A DNA stretch of 61,507 nt, counting the filler, from Stramenopiles sp. TOSAG23-3 (taxonomy: Eukaryota): assembly GCA_900128585.1 (NCBI GenBank). It is 22 parts of 22 records of this genome, joined end to end, with 100 filler letters (N's around TTAATTAATTAA, not from the genome) between each part and the next. Parts side by side here need not be neighbours in the genome. Positions count along the whole stretch, not along the records: positions 1 to 2,718 come from LT644630.1; positions 2,819 to 5,530 come from LT644631.1; positions 5,631 to 8,341 come from LT644632.1; positions 8,442 to 11,150 come from LT644633.1; positions 11,251 to 13,958 come from LT644634.1; 17 more parts are not named here. The stretch is one strand, 5' to 3'. Shown piece by piece: positions 1-11,376 of this stretch. How positions within the stretch are numbered: the stretch's first letter is position 1; every line of letters starts with the position of its first letter. Both the position numbers and the translations under genes were made by a program. Under the pieces are notes generated by a model. That model saw only the letters and a list, made by a program, of their open reading frames with translations. It was not told the origin of the DNA and searched no databases.

Positions 1-237
1 GCCACTCACCGTCGTTTGGAGTCTTACGACGATAAAACCTCAGCAATTCCCGTCAGCTTTGCAAAAGAACAGGATCCTGCGTCTTGCCCATCTTGTGCAG
101 AGCAAAGTGGCGATGAAGTAAAGGCCCTTTCCGACGGAGGGAAACTCGATGGTGGAATCATTGCTCTGATCATCATCTTGAGCGTGTTCGGCGCCGGAGG
201 GGGAGGATACGTATTTCACCACTTCTACGTGTCTTAG
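1..237 (+). CDS. C-terminal fragment of a single-pass membrane protein
   Basis: The ORF ends with a CPSC motif, then a hydrophobic TM segment (GGIIALIIILSVFGAGGGGYVF) and a short tail. The 5' end lies outside the window. Confidence 0.55.
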   Translation, partial: ATHRRLESYDDKTSAIPVSFAKEQDPASCPSCAEQSGDEVKALSDGGKLDGGIIALIIILSVFGAGGGGYVFHHFYVS

Positions 238-580
238 ACATGTACGAACCGGCGAGAATTTTTTCCTGACGAGGTTTTGAAGTAAGCCGGCTTAGACTTA
301 TACATATATTCTTAAATTAATATTATTTTCTTCAAAAAGTCTCGCCCTTCTTTTACGCGTGCGTTCAACAGGCGAACTCGTAGTGTGTTTGCTGTTGCAA
401 AATCAAACAGCAGAGGGTTTGTTTTTCCGGTCGGGCTTCGTTGTTCCCCAGCACGACAGGCAGTCACACAGAGATACAATCGGGGGACTTAACCGAGAGA
501 AGGGGACTTAAATGAGCGCACCCGCTGCCACAAAACCCTAGAGGCACCCAGCCCCGGCAGAATGCTTTTCATATACCTAG

Positions 581-702
581 CTGCTTCTCGAACGCCCTCG
601 GGAGATCCGCCTGGCAAGAAGCGGAGGAAGTTGCTTCTCGAACGCCCTCGGGAGATCCGCCTGGCGAGATTTGGAGGAAGTTGCTTCTCGAACGCCCTCG
701 GA
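581..702. repeat. 50-bp tandem repeat, about 2.4 copies
   Basis: TGCTTCTCGAACGCCCTCGG recurs at 582, 632 and 682. The first two units are nearly identical over 50 bp. Confidence 0.9.
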
Positions 703-1331
703 AGATGAGATACCTTGGCGTATCTTTAAAAAAAAAAAAAAAAACAACAAGAACTCATCAACATACAACTGACTCGCTTTGCTATTGAATTGAAATTTAT
801 AAAAGTATACAAATTAACAATACTTTAAATAATATTTATCTATGATAATAAACTATTAGAACTTGATCCTATATTATATAATGTAATACATTTGAAAAAT
901 AGTTTAATAATTATCCTATGTAATATATATATAGAGTATAACTTTATTGTATTCTATAGTATAATAAAAAACTTGGAATTTCGAAATTCCACTGCTGCAA
1001 CACTTTCCTTTTAGACGCTCGATTAAAAAAGGAGTTCGTTGAGTTCTTCTTCCAATAATCAAAATTATTCTACAAGGCACACAGTGTACAAAAATTGGAT
1101 GGAGAAACCAAAATTATTATTATCGATCGATCGGTTGTTGTACATTTTCAATTTCCTTCCTTCTTTCTTTCTTCTTTTCAACAACTAAACAACGAACTGT
1201 TGTCGTTTCAAAGGAATTGTTGCACAAAGTTAGAAAAGAACGAACATTTCAAAGACGTAGTTGCTTCTAAAAGAAATATTGATTGGGCTTATTTCTGGAA
1301 AACCAACGCAAAGGGACGCGGTACCCCAAAA

Positions 1332-2300
1332 ATGCCGAAAGACATTTTCACGGAACAGTCTACCATAGTAGGGCGGTCGAAAGACGATCCAGAGGGTTCC
1401 GGCGACGACGCGGATACGTATGGTATCGAAGAAGGGGCGAAAGCGACGGACGGCAGCGTGCTTCCTTGGTATAGCGACCAAATTTTTGAGAAGAGCAAAA
1501 GCGACTTTGATTATTTAAAAAACTCAGGGGGAGAAAAGAAAATAAAGTCTGCCATTTCAAAGCACTTCAGTCGCCTTGGAAAGTTGCCAAAACGGGACAA
1601 AATGAAATATTTAGTCGAAGACGTCACGGAGACATCAGAGATGCCCACGTTTTCCAATTTTGGGCATTGGCACGCCCGGTCGGTTGCAGTAGACAGAGGA
1701 AGCCGGCTTATGCTTGAAAGTGTAGCGGCGCAAGTAGAGCAGGAGGTCCGGCAGCGGGAAAAACGCTTTGAAGGTTTGCACCAGAAAATCGCGGACCAAA
1801 AATATAGTATTCATGATGCCAAGCGCCAAAACAAAATTTTAAATAAGAAAGCAGAAAAGTTGGAGGAGCAGCTGGCTGAAGCGGAGAAAAAATGCAATCT
1901 CGCTAAGAAGACGGCCGTGGAGTTTAAGAAGAGAGGGGAGGAAGAGAGAAAGAAAACTAGGAAGGTCATTTACAGCTCGTGCGTTGCCGAATTGAACCTG
2001 AAGAGGGACAGGGCAAATATGTTGGCACGCCCAATTGGGGAGAGCGTTTGGATAGAATGTTGCTGTTCATGCAATTGCAGCATTTGTGGGAAGCCATGCA
2101 AAAACCCAGATAGCTGCCTTTACAAGTGCTACTTTCGCGACGAAGTGTACGTTGAAGACAAGAGGTTTCGCACGGAGACAGTGTACGGGTGCTGGAAGTG
2201 TAAAACGCGCGTACCGTTTGACAAGCCGTGGTACCTCAACTACAGGAACGAAGCGTATGAAATATTTCAAGCACGGACTGGATTTTCAAAGTTCAGCTGA
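1332..2300 (+). CDS. Hypothetical protein: coiled coil plus C-terminal Cys-rich (putative Zn-binding) region
   Basis: Long ORF; the first ATG (MPKDIF) is at 1332. Central charged heptad region, then CCCSCNCSICGKPCKNPDSCLYKC...CWKC. Confidence 0.6.
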   Translation: MPKDIFTEQSTIVGRSKDDPEGSGDDADTYGIEEGAKATDGSVLPWYSDQIFEKSKSDFDYLKNSGGEKKIKSAISKHFSRLGKLPKRDKMKYLVEDVTETSEMPTFSNFGHWHARSVAVDRGSRLMLESVAAQVEQEVRQREKRFEGLHQKIADQKYSIHDAKRQNKILNKKAEKLEEQLAEAEKKCNLAKKTAVEFKKRGEEERKKTRKVIYSSCVAELNLKRDRANMLARPIGESVWIECCCSCNCSICGKPCKNPDSCLYKCYFRDEVYVEDKRFRTETVYGCWKCKTRVPFDKPWYLNYRNEAYEIFQARTGFSKFS

Positions 2301-2642
2301 AAAGGGCGCAATTTTTTGAGAGGAGTGATGTGTGAACCCGGGCAAGATGAGTTTCAGAGAAATCAAAATTTTTGAATACTGTAACTCCATTTTTCAAAAT
2401 AATATTGTGATATGATAACTGTGTTAAATGTGTACAGAGAAAAAAGAGAGATTAATTTCACTCGTACTGGAGAGAGTGGGTTACACTTTTACTTTAGTCA
2501 ACAGCTTGTTTAGATTTTAATTTGAAAAGGAAGCGTTGGGGCTTATATATTCGTGAGCGCATTAATTATATACGTGACTGTTACGCTCTCGCTTTGCGGT
2601 TTTCGCACTACAACAACGCAAGCTTTAACGAGAGGAAGGCAT

Positions 2643-2718
2643 TTAGTACTCTTCGGCTTCTTCTTCTCCCTCACCTTCGGCGGTCTCGGCGGCTACTTCT
2701 TCGTAGTCCTTTTCCAAG
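2643..2718 (-). CDS. TUA: Alpha-tubulin, last 24 codons (5'-truncated by the contig end)
   Basis: The minus strand translates as LEKDYEEVAAETAEGEGEEEAEEY*, the diagnostic alpha-tubulin tail ending in EEY. It is absent from the ORF track. Confidence 0.93.
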
Positions 2719-2818
2719 NNNNNNNNNNNNNNNNNNNNNNNNNNNNNNNNNNNNNNNNNNNNTTAATTAATTAANNNNNNNNNNNNNNNNNNNNNNNNNN
2801 NNNNNNNNNNNNNNNNNN
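2719..2818. other. Artificial contig-joining spacer (first of 21 identical spacers)
   Basis: N44-TTAATTAATTAA-N44 (stops in all six frames) recurs about every 2.8 kb, and the contigs between spacers shrink steadily in length. Confidence 0.98.
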
Positions 2819-3972
2819 TGGCGAACGTGTGCTGCAGTCAAGTTTTCTTCCCCATCGTCCACTAACTTTCTCTTGTGGGAGTTACCAGTGCCACTATATT
2901 TCAGTTCATCAACACGGCGTTTGCTTTTCTCCAACTCTTCCTTTAATGTCTCTATTTTGGTGCCGTTGTCTTTTGAAAGGGACAGCAGATTGTTCTGCGT
3001 GTCTTCTTGGCTTACAATCTTTTGGATCACTTCGTTGACATCTGCCACTCCGGTGGCATCCTTGATTTTCCGAAACGCTTCTTCAAACACATTCGAACTT
3101 TCGTTGGACAAGGCATCCTGCTCGGACTTTTCCTTTGCCATCTTTTCGGCCATCTCCTTGTCGAGCTCATCCGCAGCCCTTGCGATTTCGTCGCGTTTCT
3201 GCTCCTCTCGGTTTGCCATTTTCTGCGTCACCTCAACGCGACTGTTTACAATTTCAGAGCGAACGCGGATGTCGTTTTCCCTGGCTCTTTTAGCGTTTTG
3301 GTAAGTGTTTCTCACACGGTCAAGCTCGTTCTTGGCGAGGCCTTCCGCATGCTGGGCATCGTTCGAGAGAATGATGAGCTCCTGGTAATCATGGTCTTTG
3401 GCCGCAAGGGTCCGCTCCACGGCCCCCAACTGGTTGTCGAATCCAACACGCTCTTCCCGAAGACGCTTTACTATTTGTTCGTATGTCTTCTTGATGCTTT
3501 GGGCTTCGTTGTACTTAATCATGGCTTTGTCTAAACGGTTCTCGAGCAAGCGAATTCGCCTCGTCGTTGGGTTGTCTTCCTCCAAGGGCTGACGGCCTTG
3601 GTGCTCCAGGCCATAGGCGAGGTCTTTCATCTTTTCGAGCTTTGCCTGCTTCTCTTCCAGGATTCCCGCCAAACGGTCCGTCTTCCTGCGCAGCTTGACG
3701 ACAGCATTGCTCTGTTCGTGCAACTCCTGGTCATCGGTGGTCATTCCCGCAGAAGTGGCATTCTTGCTTTCTCGCTGGATTGCCGCCAACGCTCGTCGCA
3801 GTTCCTTGTTTTCCCCACGCACTTGTTGAACCAAAGCCTTATTGGACTTCATGGTGTGCATCGACATTTCATAATATGCCTTTCGGTCCCCTTCCAGAAG
3901 GTGAAACTTCTGGCGAAGGTCCTCAAGCTCTTCCTCCGTTACATTTGACGTTTCTACTCCACCACCCGGCAT
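2819..3972 (-). CDS. CCDC151: Outer dynein arm docking complex subunit, CCDC151/ODAD3-like (3'-truncated)
   Basis: Begins MPGGG...LRQKFHLLEGDRKAYYE and contains IRLLENRLDKAMIKYNEAQSIKKTYEQI and FRKIKDATGVADVNEV, motifs typical of this ODA-docking coiled-coil family. Confidence 0.8.
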
Positions 3973-5315
3973 TGTTTGAAACTCGCTGAAGGTTAATAAA
4001 AAACGAAGAACACAAACGATAAATTCAAATAAAAAATGTTCAATTCTACGTTCGAAACAATGCAGCAGAAAATAAAAGTTTTGCAACCTTTGTCTTTTGC
4101 TCGCTTTAGCACTTCAACAATCATTCGTTTGTACATAAATGCAATTCAAGTCGGAACTGGTTCACTTCTTTCCTTTGTTGTTTCCATATTATTATTGTAA
4201 ATATTTATATTATTATTTACCTTGTATTACTCTCTGCTGCAATCCATCATGATATGCTTGGCTGCTATGCCCTTGTAAATAAAAAAAGTAAGAAAAAAAA
4301 CGGCCCATTCGTAATACTAATGTTATTTATATATAAATAATATTGTAACGAAATCCCTATATATTTATACTGTACTTATAATTTATCACATCGTATACTT
4401 TTAGTTATTATTTCCGTTCAGAGAAGGTCAATAAATAGGAGGAAAGCAAGAAGGGAAATAAATCAGTATGATGACCGTTAGCCACCGGGGAGGGAGATTG
4501 GGCCGTTAATTTACTTTAGAATACATATTATATTATTTACATACCAAGTAGCAATAGAACAAGAAAAAAGAATCTCGAAGCTATAAGGATTCATTTCTTC
4601 TTTTATCCATTTATATATAGATAGCTATAATATGTATTAGTCTATGATATACGTACGGTAGTAACCTGTACCGTAGTAATTTAAGTAATCGTGTCCATCA
4701 AAAACACTCACTATCAAATTTATATAATCGTTAAACTAAATTTAGAAAGAGCTGCTGCTGCTGCTGAATTAAACTTTAACTATTTATTATNNNNNNNNNN
4801 NNNNNNNNNNNNNNNNNNNNNNNNNNNNNNNNNNNNNNNNNNNNNNNNNNNNNNNNNNNNNNNNNNNNNNNNNNNNNNNNNNNNNNNNNNNNNNNNNNNN
4901 NNNNNNTACGGTACGTAGTAACGGGTAGCAAAGATGTAGAGTAGTTTGTTTTCTAATTGAATTTATATATGATATTCACCTGCTGTTTTGTTTTGACATT
5001 ATTATATATTTGCTTCTGCTGTGCTTCGTTTGTCGTCTTGTGTTGTGTGGTGGGTTCGTGGTGTGGATGGTTATAAAAAAAAAATGCGCGAAAAGAAAAA
5101 GAACGATTAACTTATAAACGATTAGGCCAAAACAAATGCCCAACAAAATCTGTCAAGCTTTTGAATAGGCAAGAAACCAAGAGTTACTGAAAACACAATT
5201 AATTTTATTACCAATCCGATCTGCTGTCGCATTCTTCAATTGATAAATGGTATAAGCTTTACTTCCTTTTTACGACGAACAAGAGCGTTTTTCGGGTAAC
5301 AGTAGCAAGACAGTA

Positions 5316-5530
5316 ATGGATTTAGACATTATTACAAACAATCCCAGGCGCATGGTGTCGCTAAGTAACGAACACACACCAACGTCTGGCGGTTTGAAAA
5401 GTCCCCAGAATTGTAATTTCGAACGTTCTTTAAGACGAAACATTTATATGCACGCAGAAGAAAACGCCGTGAGGAGCGAATCTGGAAAGAAAAAGGTCTC
5501 TAAAAAAGTGTTGAACAGGCTATCGTCTCC
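5316..5530 (+). CDS. N-terminal fragment of a hypothetical protein
   Basis: ATG-initiated ORF after an AT-rich region, running into the contig end. Confidence 0.4.
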
Positions 5531-5762
5531 NNNNNNNNNNNNNNNNNNNNNNNNNNNNNNNNNNNNNNNNNNNNTTAATTAATTAANNNNNNNNNNNNNN
5601 NNNNNNNNNNNNNNNNNNNNNNNNNNNNNNAATAAACGAAGAATTTAATGGTATTTTGGTTTGGTTGACCGATCAATTATTTTCGTTGTTTTGCTGCCGG
5701 TCGTTGCGATCTAACAATCTCTCTCTCTCTCTAAAACAAAAAAGTACAGCCCACGCGCTCGG

Positions 5763-7799
5763 TTATTGGCGCTTGTTCCCGCGTTTGCCGCTGAAATTCT
5801 TCTTGTTGTTCGGGGGTGTCCGAACCTTCTTGTTGCGTTTCTTTTTCGTGACTAAAATAAACTCGTCGTCCCCTGCGCCCGTGTCTTTGCCGTCGCCCCC
5901 GGTGGCCTTCTCCGGCGTCGTTCTCGGGCTGGACCTCCTCTTTTGCTGCGCGGTTTGCTTCTGTTTGTCTTGCGGGGACCTGGACTTGAACCGGTTGCTC
6001 GCCTTGGCCGCGTCCTTCTTCGAGGGGGGGGACAGCCGCTTCTTCTCCTCCCGCACCAACTCTCGCAACTTCTTCATCTCCCGGCGCTCCTCGTCCATGC
6101 GCCGCAGCTTCTGGAGCTTTTTCGTTTCCCACTTCTTTCGCCGTTTCTCGACGTCGTCTTTCGGGTAGTGCAGCGTGTAGGAGTACACGTCCTGCGGCGC
6201 GGCGTCGTCCTCTGGGACCCGGTCGGACCCTTCTAAAATGCGCTCGGCGAACTGCCGCCGCGCGATCGCGCGTGCGTCGGGGTCCATGTGGACGTACCGT
6301 TCTAAAAGCCTACTAAATTCTGCATCCACGCCTTCCGGGGTCATCATGGAGTTTTTCTCCACGTTGATGCGCGAGTGGGGCGCGTTCGCGGACTCGTCGC
6401 TCATGTTCCCAAGGCTCCCTGCCCACTTTCTGCCGCGCTGGGGCGACCACGACGGGGCGCGGGGGTCCAGGCTCGACGCGGACCCGTTCTGGGAGGAGTC
6501 GGTCGACCTGGACCGGGACGACACCCGGGCCGGGATGGACGGGGCCCCGCTGGCCGCGACCTGGGGCGCCTTCGGGGGGGCGTGCGACGGGCTCTCTACG
6601 GTGACCGCGAGGGCCCTTCGGGGGGGTGTGACCATCCCGGACGGCGGCTCGGCGGGTCCGTCCGCCCCCACCTCGTCGTCGTCCTCGGAGTCGGACATCA
6701 TGTCCCCCCAGCCCTTCTTCGGGGACATCAGCTTGACCGGGCTGCCCTTCTTCGCGGCCGAGGCCGCCGTGGGGGGGGGCTTCTGGTTCGTGCTGTCGTC
6801 CGACAGGTTGGCCTGCCCGGAGACATTTTCTGCGGTGCTGTCAGTCGCCCCGTTACCGCCGGTGGCGGCATCGACCGTCGCCTTGGTCTTCTTCTTTTTC
6901 TTCTTCTTCTTCTTCTTCTTTTTCTTTTTCGCGAGGGCCTCCGCTTCCCGGTCCAGCTCTAATAGCAACGCCATGGCGGCGGCGTCCGCGGACGCGTTGT
7001 CGACCCCCGTCTTCTCGCTCTTGTGCTTCGCCCGCAGGCTCTTGATCAGCTTGCACGCGCCCAGGTTGTCCTTTCGGTAGGCGACCTGGTCGGCCGTGAT
7101 GCCGTCCTTGCCACTCGTGCTCTCGAGCAGTCTCGGGCAGGCGGCGGCGATGAGCTTGATGCAGGACGCGCGGTTGTTGCACGCGGCGATGTGCAGCGCG
7201 TTCCACTTGAAGCAGTTGTCGGCCGCCTCGACGTCCGCCCCGTGGTCGATCAACCACTTGACGCACCCGATGTGCCCCGCGGTGATGGCGTACTGTAGAG
7301 GGCGTGCGTGCTGGTCGACGTTCTTCGCTTCCAGGTCGCACCTTTCCTCGTGAAGGAAGTCTAGCAGGTGCACGTGGCCCTTCCCGCACGCGACGTGCAG
7401 GGCGGTGTCCCCGCGCGCGTCGGCTTCACGAACGCAGCCCGGGGCCCCATTCTGGGACAGCCACTTCAAGGCGTCGAGGGAGCCCGCGTTCGCGGCCTCA
7501 AGGACGCAGGTCCCGCCGCGCCCGTCCAGCGCCATGGGGTCGCACCCGCACGCAACGAGGTACTCCATGACCTCGACCTGGTTGCCCTCGGCGGCGTAGT
7601 GGAAGGGGGAGAGGCCGTCGGCGTCCCTGACGCGGCCGGGAGTGTTTATCTGGTGGGCCATAATCTTCAGCGTCCCCATGTTCCCGCTCTTTGCAGCCTG
7701 CAAAAATTCCTTTTCAATCACGTTCGGCTCTTTGTACCGCATCGATCCAGAGGAGTCCTGCGCCGACGCCGTCGTCGACGTGCTCGAACGGGTGGCCAT
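5763..7799 (-). CDS. Ankyrin-repeat protein with a long low-complexity C-terminus
   Basis: About six ankyrin repeats (GLSPFHYAA, GDTALHVAC, RPLQYAI, WNALHIAA), then ADAAAMALLLEL...poly-K and an S/P-rich tail. High GC3. Confidence 0.9.
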   Translation of the reverse strand: MATRSSTSTTASAQDSSGSMRYKEPNVIEKEFLQAAKSGNMGTLKIMAHQINTPGRVRDADGLSPFHYAAEGNQVEVMEYLVACGCDPMALDGRGGTCVLEAANAGSLDALKWLSQNGAPGCVREADARGDTALHVACGKGHVHLLDFLHEERCDLEAKNVDQHARPLQYAITAGHIGCVKWLIDHGADVEAADNCFKWNALHIAACNNRASCIKLIAAACPRLLESTSGKDGITADQVAYRKDNLGACKLIKSLRAKHKSEKTGVDNASADAAAMALLLELDREAEALAKKKKKKKKKKKKKKTKATVDAATGGNGATDSTAENVSGQANLSDDSTNQKPPPTAASAAKKGSPVKLMSPKKGWGDMMSDSEDDDEVGADGPAEPPSGMVTPPRRALAVTVESPSHAPPKAPQVAASGAPSIPARVSSRSRSTDSSQNGSASSLDPRAPSWSPQRGRKWAGSLGNMSDESANAPHSRINVEKNSMMTPEGVDAEFSRLLERYVHMDPDARAIARRQFAERILEGSDRVPEDDAAPQDVYSYTLHYPKDDVEKRRKKWETKKLQKLRRMDEERREMKKLRELVREEKKRLSPPSKKDAAKASNRFKSRSPQDKQKQTAQQKRRSSPRTTPEKATGGDGKDTGAGDDEFILVTKKKRNKKVRTPPNNKKNFSGKRGNKRQ

Positions 7800-8206
7800 G
7801 GCTGTCGTCGGGGAAGGAAAGAAAAAAAGGTGGTTTGGTGAGGGAGCGAGGGCAGGCAGGAAGTGCTGTCTGTCAGCCGTCGTCGCAGTAGAAGAAAACT
7901 AGGCGCAAAGTACCACACGCACACAAACACACACACAAACACACACAGACAGACTCTCTCTCACACACAGACAAAGGCAAAAAAAGTGGAGAGTAAAACG
8001 TCAGCCAGTAGTGATAACTAATTTAAAATGACTATATAAATCTTTCTTCCACATTCGTTTTGTTTCCATACTGTAACTTTTCAATGTTCAATGTTGTTGT
8101 TTTGATGAATTTTCAACAAGTTTCAATTTGTTTTAATTTTTATTACCTTCTGTGTAGTGTATATATAATAGGATGGAATTCTACCGTCAAAAAAAAAGTA
8201 GTAAAT

Positions 8207-8333
8207 AAGAATCAATTCAATGCTATAATTATCTTAAGTATCATTTCAACCAAACTCCTTTTTATCGTAAAAAAAAAAGAATCAATTCAATGCTATGATT
8301 ATGTTAAATATCATTTCAACTTTTTTTATCGTA
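8207..8333. repeat. About 70-bp imperfect tandem duplication
   Basis: AAGAATCAATTCAATGCTAT...TATCATTTCAAC...TTTTTATCGTA occurs twice. Confidence 0.75.
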
Positions 8334-8441
8334 TTTATTTTNNNNNNNNNNNNNNNNNNNNNNNNNNNNNNNNNNNNNNNNNNNNTTAATTAATTAANNN
8401 NNNNNNNNNNNNNNNNNNNNNNNNNNNNNNNNNNNNNNNNN

Positions 8442-8946
8442 CAAATATGCTCATGGGCAAGACGCTAAATTTGAACAGGATTCCAATCGTGTAATCAAAG
8501 CAAGTGTAAAATGCGTTGAAATTGTTCATCCATTTCATGCAGCCACAACGTTCAGCAATGGTGGGTGCGTCTTTAAATACAATATCTTCGTGTTTCTCCG
8601 TAGTTTGCAACGCAACTAGGTGATTTGTAGGTTTCTCCAAAATACCAAACGTCAAGCGTGGACCGTCCTCGTCTTTGTCTCGGTTTGCCCATACGGATTT
8701 TCTGTACTCGTTTCTAACTTGCTGGATTAAGTCAAACATCGATTCTTGTGGTCCGTCTGGCTCTCTATACTTGGCATTAGTATTCTCTTGACTGCCACTC
8801 GCCACAGCCCGGCATGCCTGTACACGGACCAGCACTGCTACCAAAGCGTCACGGATCTCTCTCTGTTCACGCGCAAGTCTGGTTTCTTCCGCCCCGCCGC
8901 CATCAACGTTGGGTGCGCCCTCATCCACAGGTATCACTGCCGACAT
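8442..8946 (-). CDS. Hypothetical, probably membrane, protein (3'-truncated)
   Basis: The ORF MSAVIPVDEG... runs into the contig end at a hydrophobic stretch. Confidence 0.6.
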
Positions 8947-9641
8947 TCCCACACTCCCGCGTCACAAAATATACAAGTCGATCGTTACTTCACACCGATA
9001 ACCTGCCGCCTATATGTTTACCCATTTTTTTGGGACGGGACGATGGTCATCCTAATTAATTTGGAATACCTATTATTTGTGTTTATATATAATGTATATA
9101 TAGAATAAACTTTATTACTTAGTCTACTTTTGAACATTAGTTGTCTAGAAAGACTACTCGTATCATTCTTCATCATCATTATTTATGTTGTTGTTTCCAT
9201 GTTTTCATCAACAAAAAAAGAAGATAAGAATATCGATCAAGAAGAAGGGAGAAGGGAGAAGATGATTTAATAATAGTCCTTGATATTGTGGTATTAGACT
9301 ATATGCGAAGGAAAGAATGGTGTGTGGTAATAAGAGTACAATAATTTTATTATAATATATATATAATAACTGAAGATGATGTGTTATAATAAGTACCGGT
9401 AAGGTTTCTTCATTATGACGATATGAATTGAAATTTTCATATTTTGACGATAATAATAATAAGGCTATATATAATATATAATAATAAAATTTCTTCTGTG
9501 AGATTATAAAACTTAATTAGTGGTGATGAGATTGGTGTGCTCGGCCTTCGACGATAAACTAAGCGAAGAAAGAGCGAATATGTTGATTTGACCAGATGAT
9601 TTCATGTGTGTTGTAGAAACCCCACGCCCGTTTTTCGTTTC

Positions 9642-10718
9642 ATGGCAACATTGCCCCTTCAAAGTAGGGCGGTTCGCCTGGATTCATTGATAGAATTTGT
9701 GGACGAATTCTCATTGTGGGAATCAACGACCCGTGATGTTATTGACAATCTGATCAAGCCAAAAACCTGTTTTTTGTCGGCCGCCGAGGCTTTTTTTAAC
9801 AGCTCTGAACTTGGAGAAGCAGACATTTACGTCACTCATAATTGGGATTCGTCATTTGGGTGCATCGTTGCGGCAGTCTCAAGTTTTCTTGCCGATTGCG
9901 TACACGGGCATAATGAATTCCAAGAGAAGGATGGCGATAAAGTGAACATCAACGTTGGCCGAAGATTGAGAAAAAGACTTGCAAAACGATCAAAACATTA
10001 CTCTGGCAATGCATCTTTTTTTGGACTCGAGCAACAAGCTTATGTGTGGATAGATGCCATAGGCCTTTCCCATTTTGAAGAATACATGAATGAGGTTGCC
10101 CAAGTTCCCCAATGCTTGTTCCCAATCTCAACTGATTTGATGCTTTTACTGGTTATCGAATATCCAGGCGATCCTAAAATTAAACTACGCGGCCAAAAAT
10201 TGACAATGAACTCGCTCCTTGATATATCCAGCATTGTAATGATGCTCGAAGAGAGGCAGAGAGAGCAAAGTGAGACTCAAAAAAACGAAGCCTTGACTGG
10301 CCTTTCGCCTTCTTCCCTGTCAAAAAACAAACATTTAAAGGCCTGCCAACCTAAAAATGTAGTTTTTGTCCGAACCGGGTATAACTCATACATGGATTAC
10401 ATAAACAACGTTAGCACAGGGATCAGGGAGAGGCTGATTCACGCGTCAACGATCGACTTCGTGCAGATGAACAGTGAACACAGGAGCAGCAAGACATTGC
10501 ACGGAAACCACGCACACCTTCACTACGGAAATAGAATAGACGACCTGGGCGCGTTGTATTTGGATTGGGCGCACGAGTCTTTGTCAAACGGCGTCATAGA
10601 GACGAAACACTTCGGGTCAGGGTATGATTCGTTGAATCGTATTGCAAAACGGTTTTTAGGCAACATGCTTTGTTTAGAAAAGGATCAGGAAAAAGGTACA
10701 CCAACCCTAAAAAAATAA
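9642..10718 (+). CDS. Protein with a divergent HET/TIR-like N-terminal domain
   Basis: TTRDVIDNLIKPKT...ADIYVTHNW...YVWIDAIG resembles the TTxDV..VKP / FVSHAW / YVWxD pattern of protist HET-like domains. Confidence 0.55.
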   Translation: MATLPLQSRAVRLDSLIEFVDEFSLWESTTRDVIDNLIKPKTCFLSAAEAFFNSSELGEADIYVTHNWDSSFGCIVAAVSSFLADCVHGHNEFQEKDGDKVNINVGRRLRKRLAKRSKHYSGNASFFGLEQQAYVWIDAIGLSHFEEYMNEVAQVPQCLFPISTDLMLLLVIEYPGDPKIKLRGQKLTMNSLLDISSIVMMLEERQREQSETQKNEALTGLSPSSLSKNKHLKACQPKNVVFVRTGYNSYMDYINNVSTGIRERLIHASTIDFVQMNSEHRSSKTLHGNHAHLHYGNRIDDLGALYLDWAHESLSNGVIETKHFGSGYDSLNRIAKRFLGNMLCLEKDQEKGTPTLKK

Positions 10719-11069
10719 AGATAGGGCGAGCACGGGAATTTCGTTTTGAAAGTGTTTGTACTCCTGGCAGTTGGAAGAAGGAAAGGGAGAAGGGATAAAA
10801 CCCTAATTACAACACCATTTAATAACCGCTCTCATTGCTTTTCTTCTACTTGGTATACCTCGTATGCTTAATATTCTATTACGGGTTTTATTTTATAGTA
10901 GGGCTTCTATTTATTTTAACTACTTGGTATAATACATGTATTAATACCGTATACTACTCGTATATTTATTATTATATAAATATGTTGAACTATTTTCTTC
11001 TTCTTCTTTCTTTCTGTCTTTCTTTCTTTCTTTCTTCTTCTTCAACATATATATAAAATATGTTGAACT

Positions 11070-11082
11070 ATTTTCTTCTTCT

Positions 11083-11150
<68 letters not shown>
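11070..11150. repeat. (TTTC)n microsatellite at the contig end
   Basis: Directly visible. Confidence 0.95.
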
Positions 11151-11376
11151 NNNNNNNNNNNNNNNNNNNNNNNNNNNNNNNNNNNNNNNNNNNNTTAATT
11201 AATTAANNNNNNNNNNNNNNNNNNNNNNNNNNNNNNNNNNNNNNNNNNNNGGAAATTAAGTTATAGAGAATGGGCTTGTATGGAGACTTGATACCGAATG
11301 GAATGGGAAACGTATCCCTGGTTCAAAAAAGGTACTGATTACATAAAATAAAACGACCTTTGGATAGCACTGCACC

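Noticed and set aside
581-702. Possible CRISPR array
   Set aside because: The inter-repeat segments are themselves near-identical, there are no cas genes, and the context is eukaryotic.
2763-2774. Regularly spaced TTAATTAATTAA palindromes resembling an array
   Set aside because: Always centred in N44 pads; an artificial six-frame-stop linker between contigs.
5448-5470. HAEENA, resembling a deaminase HxE motif
   Set aside because: The ORF is truncated, no PCxxC is visible and the context is low-complexity.
5656-7902. Many long overlapping alternative-frame and antisense ORFs (also at 17069-18641)
   Set aside because: Expected shadows of high-GC3 coding sequence.
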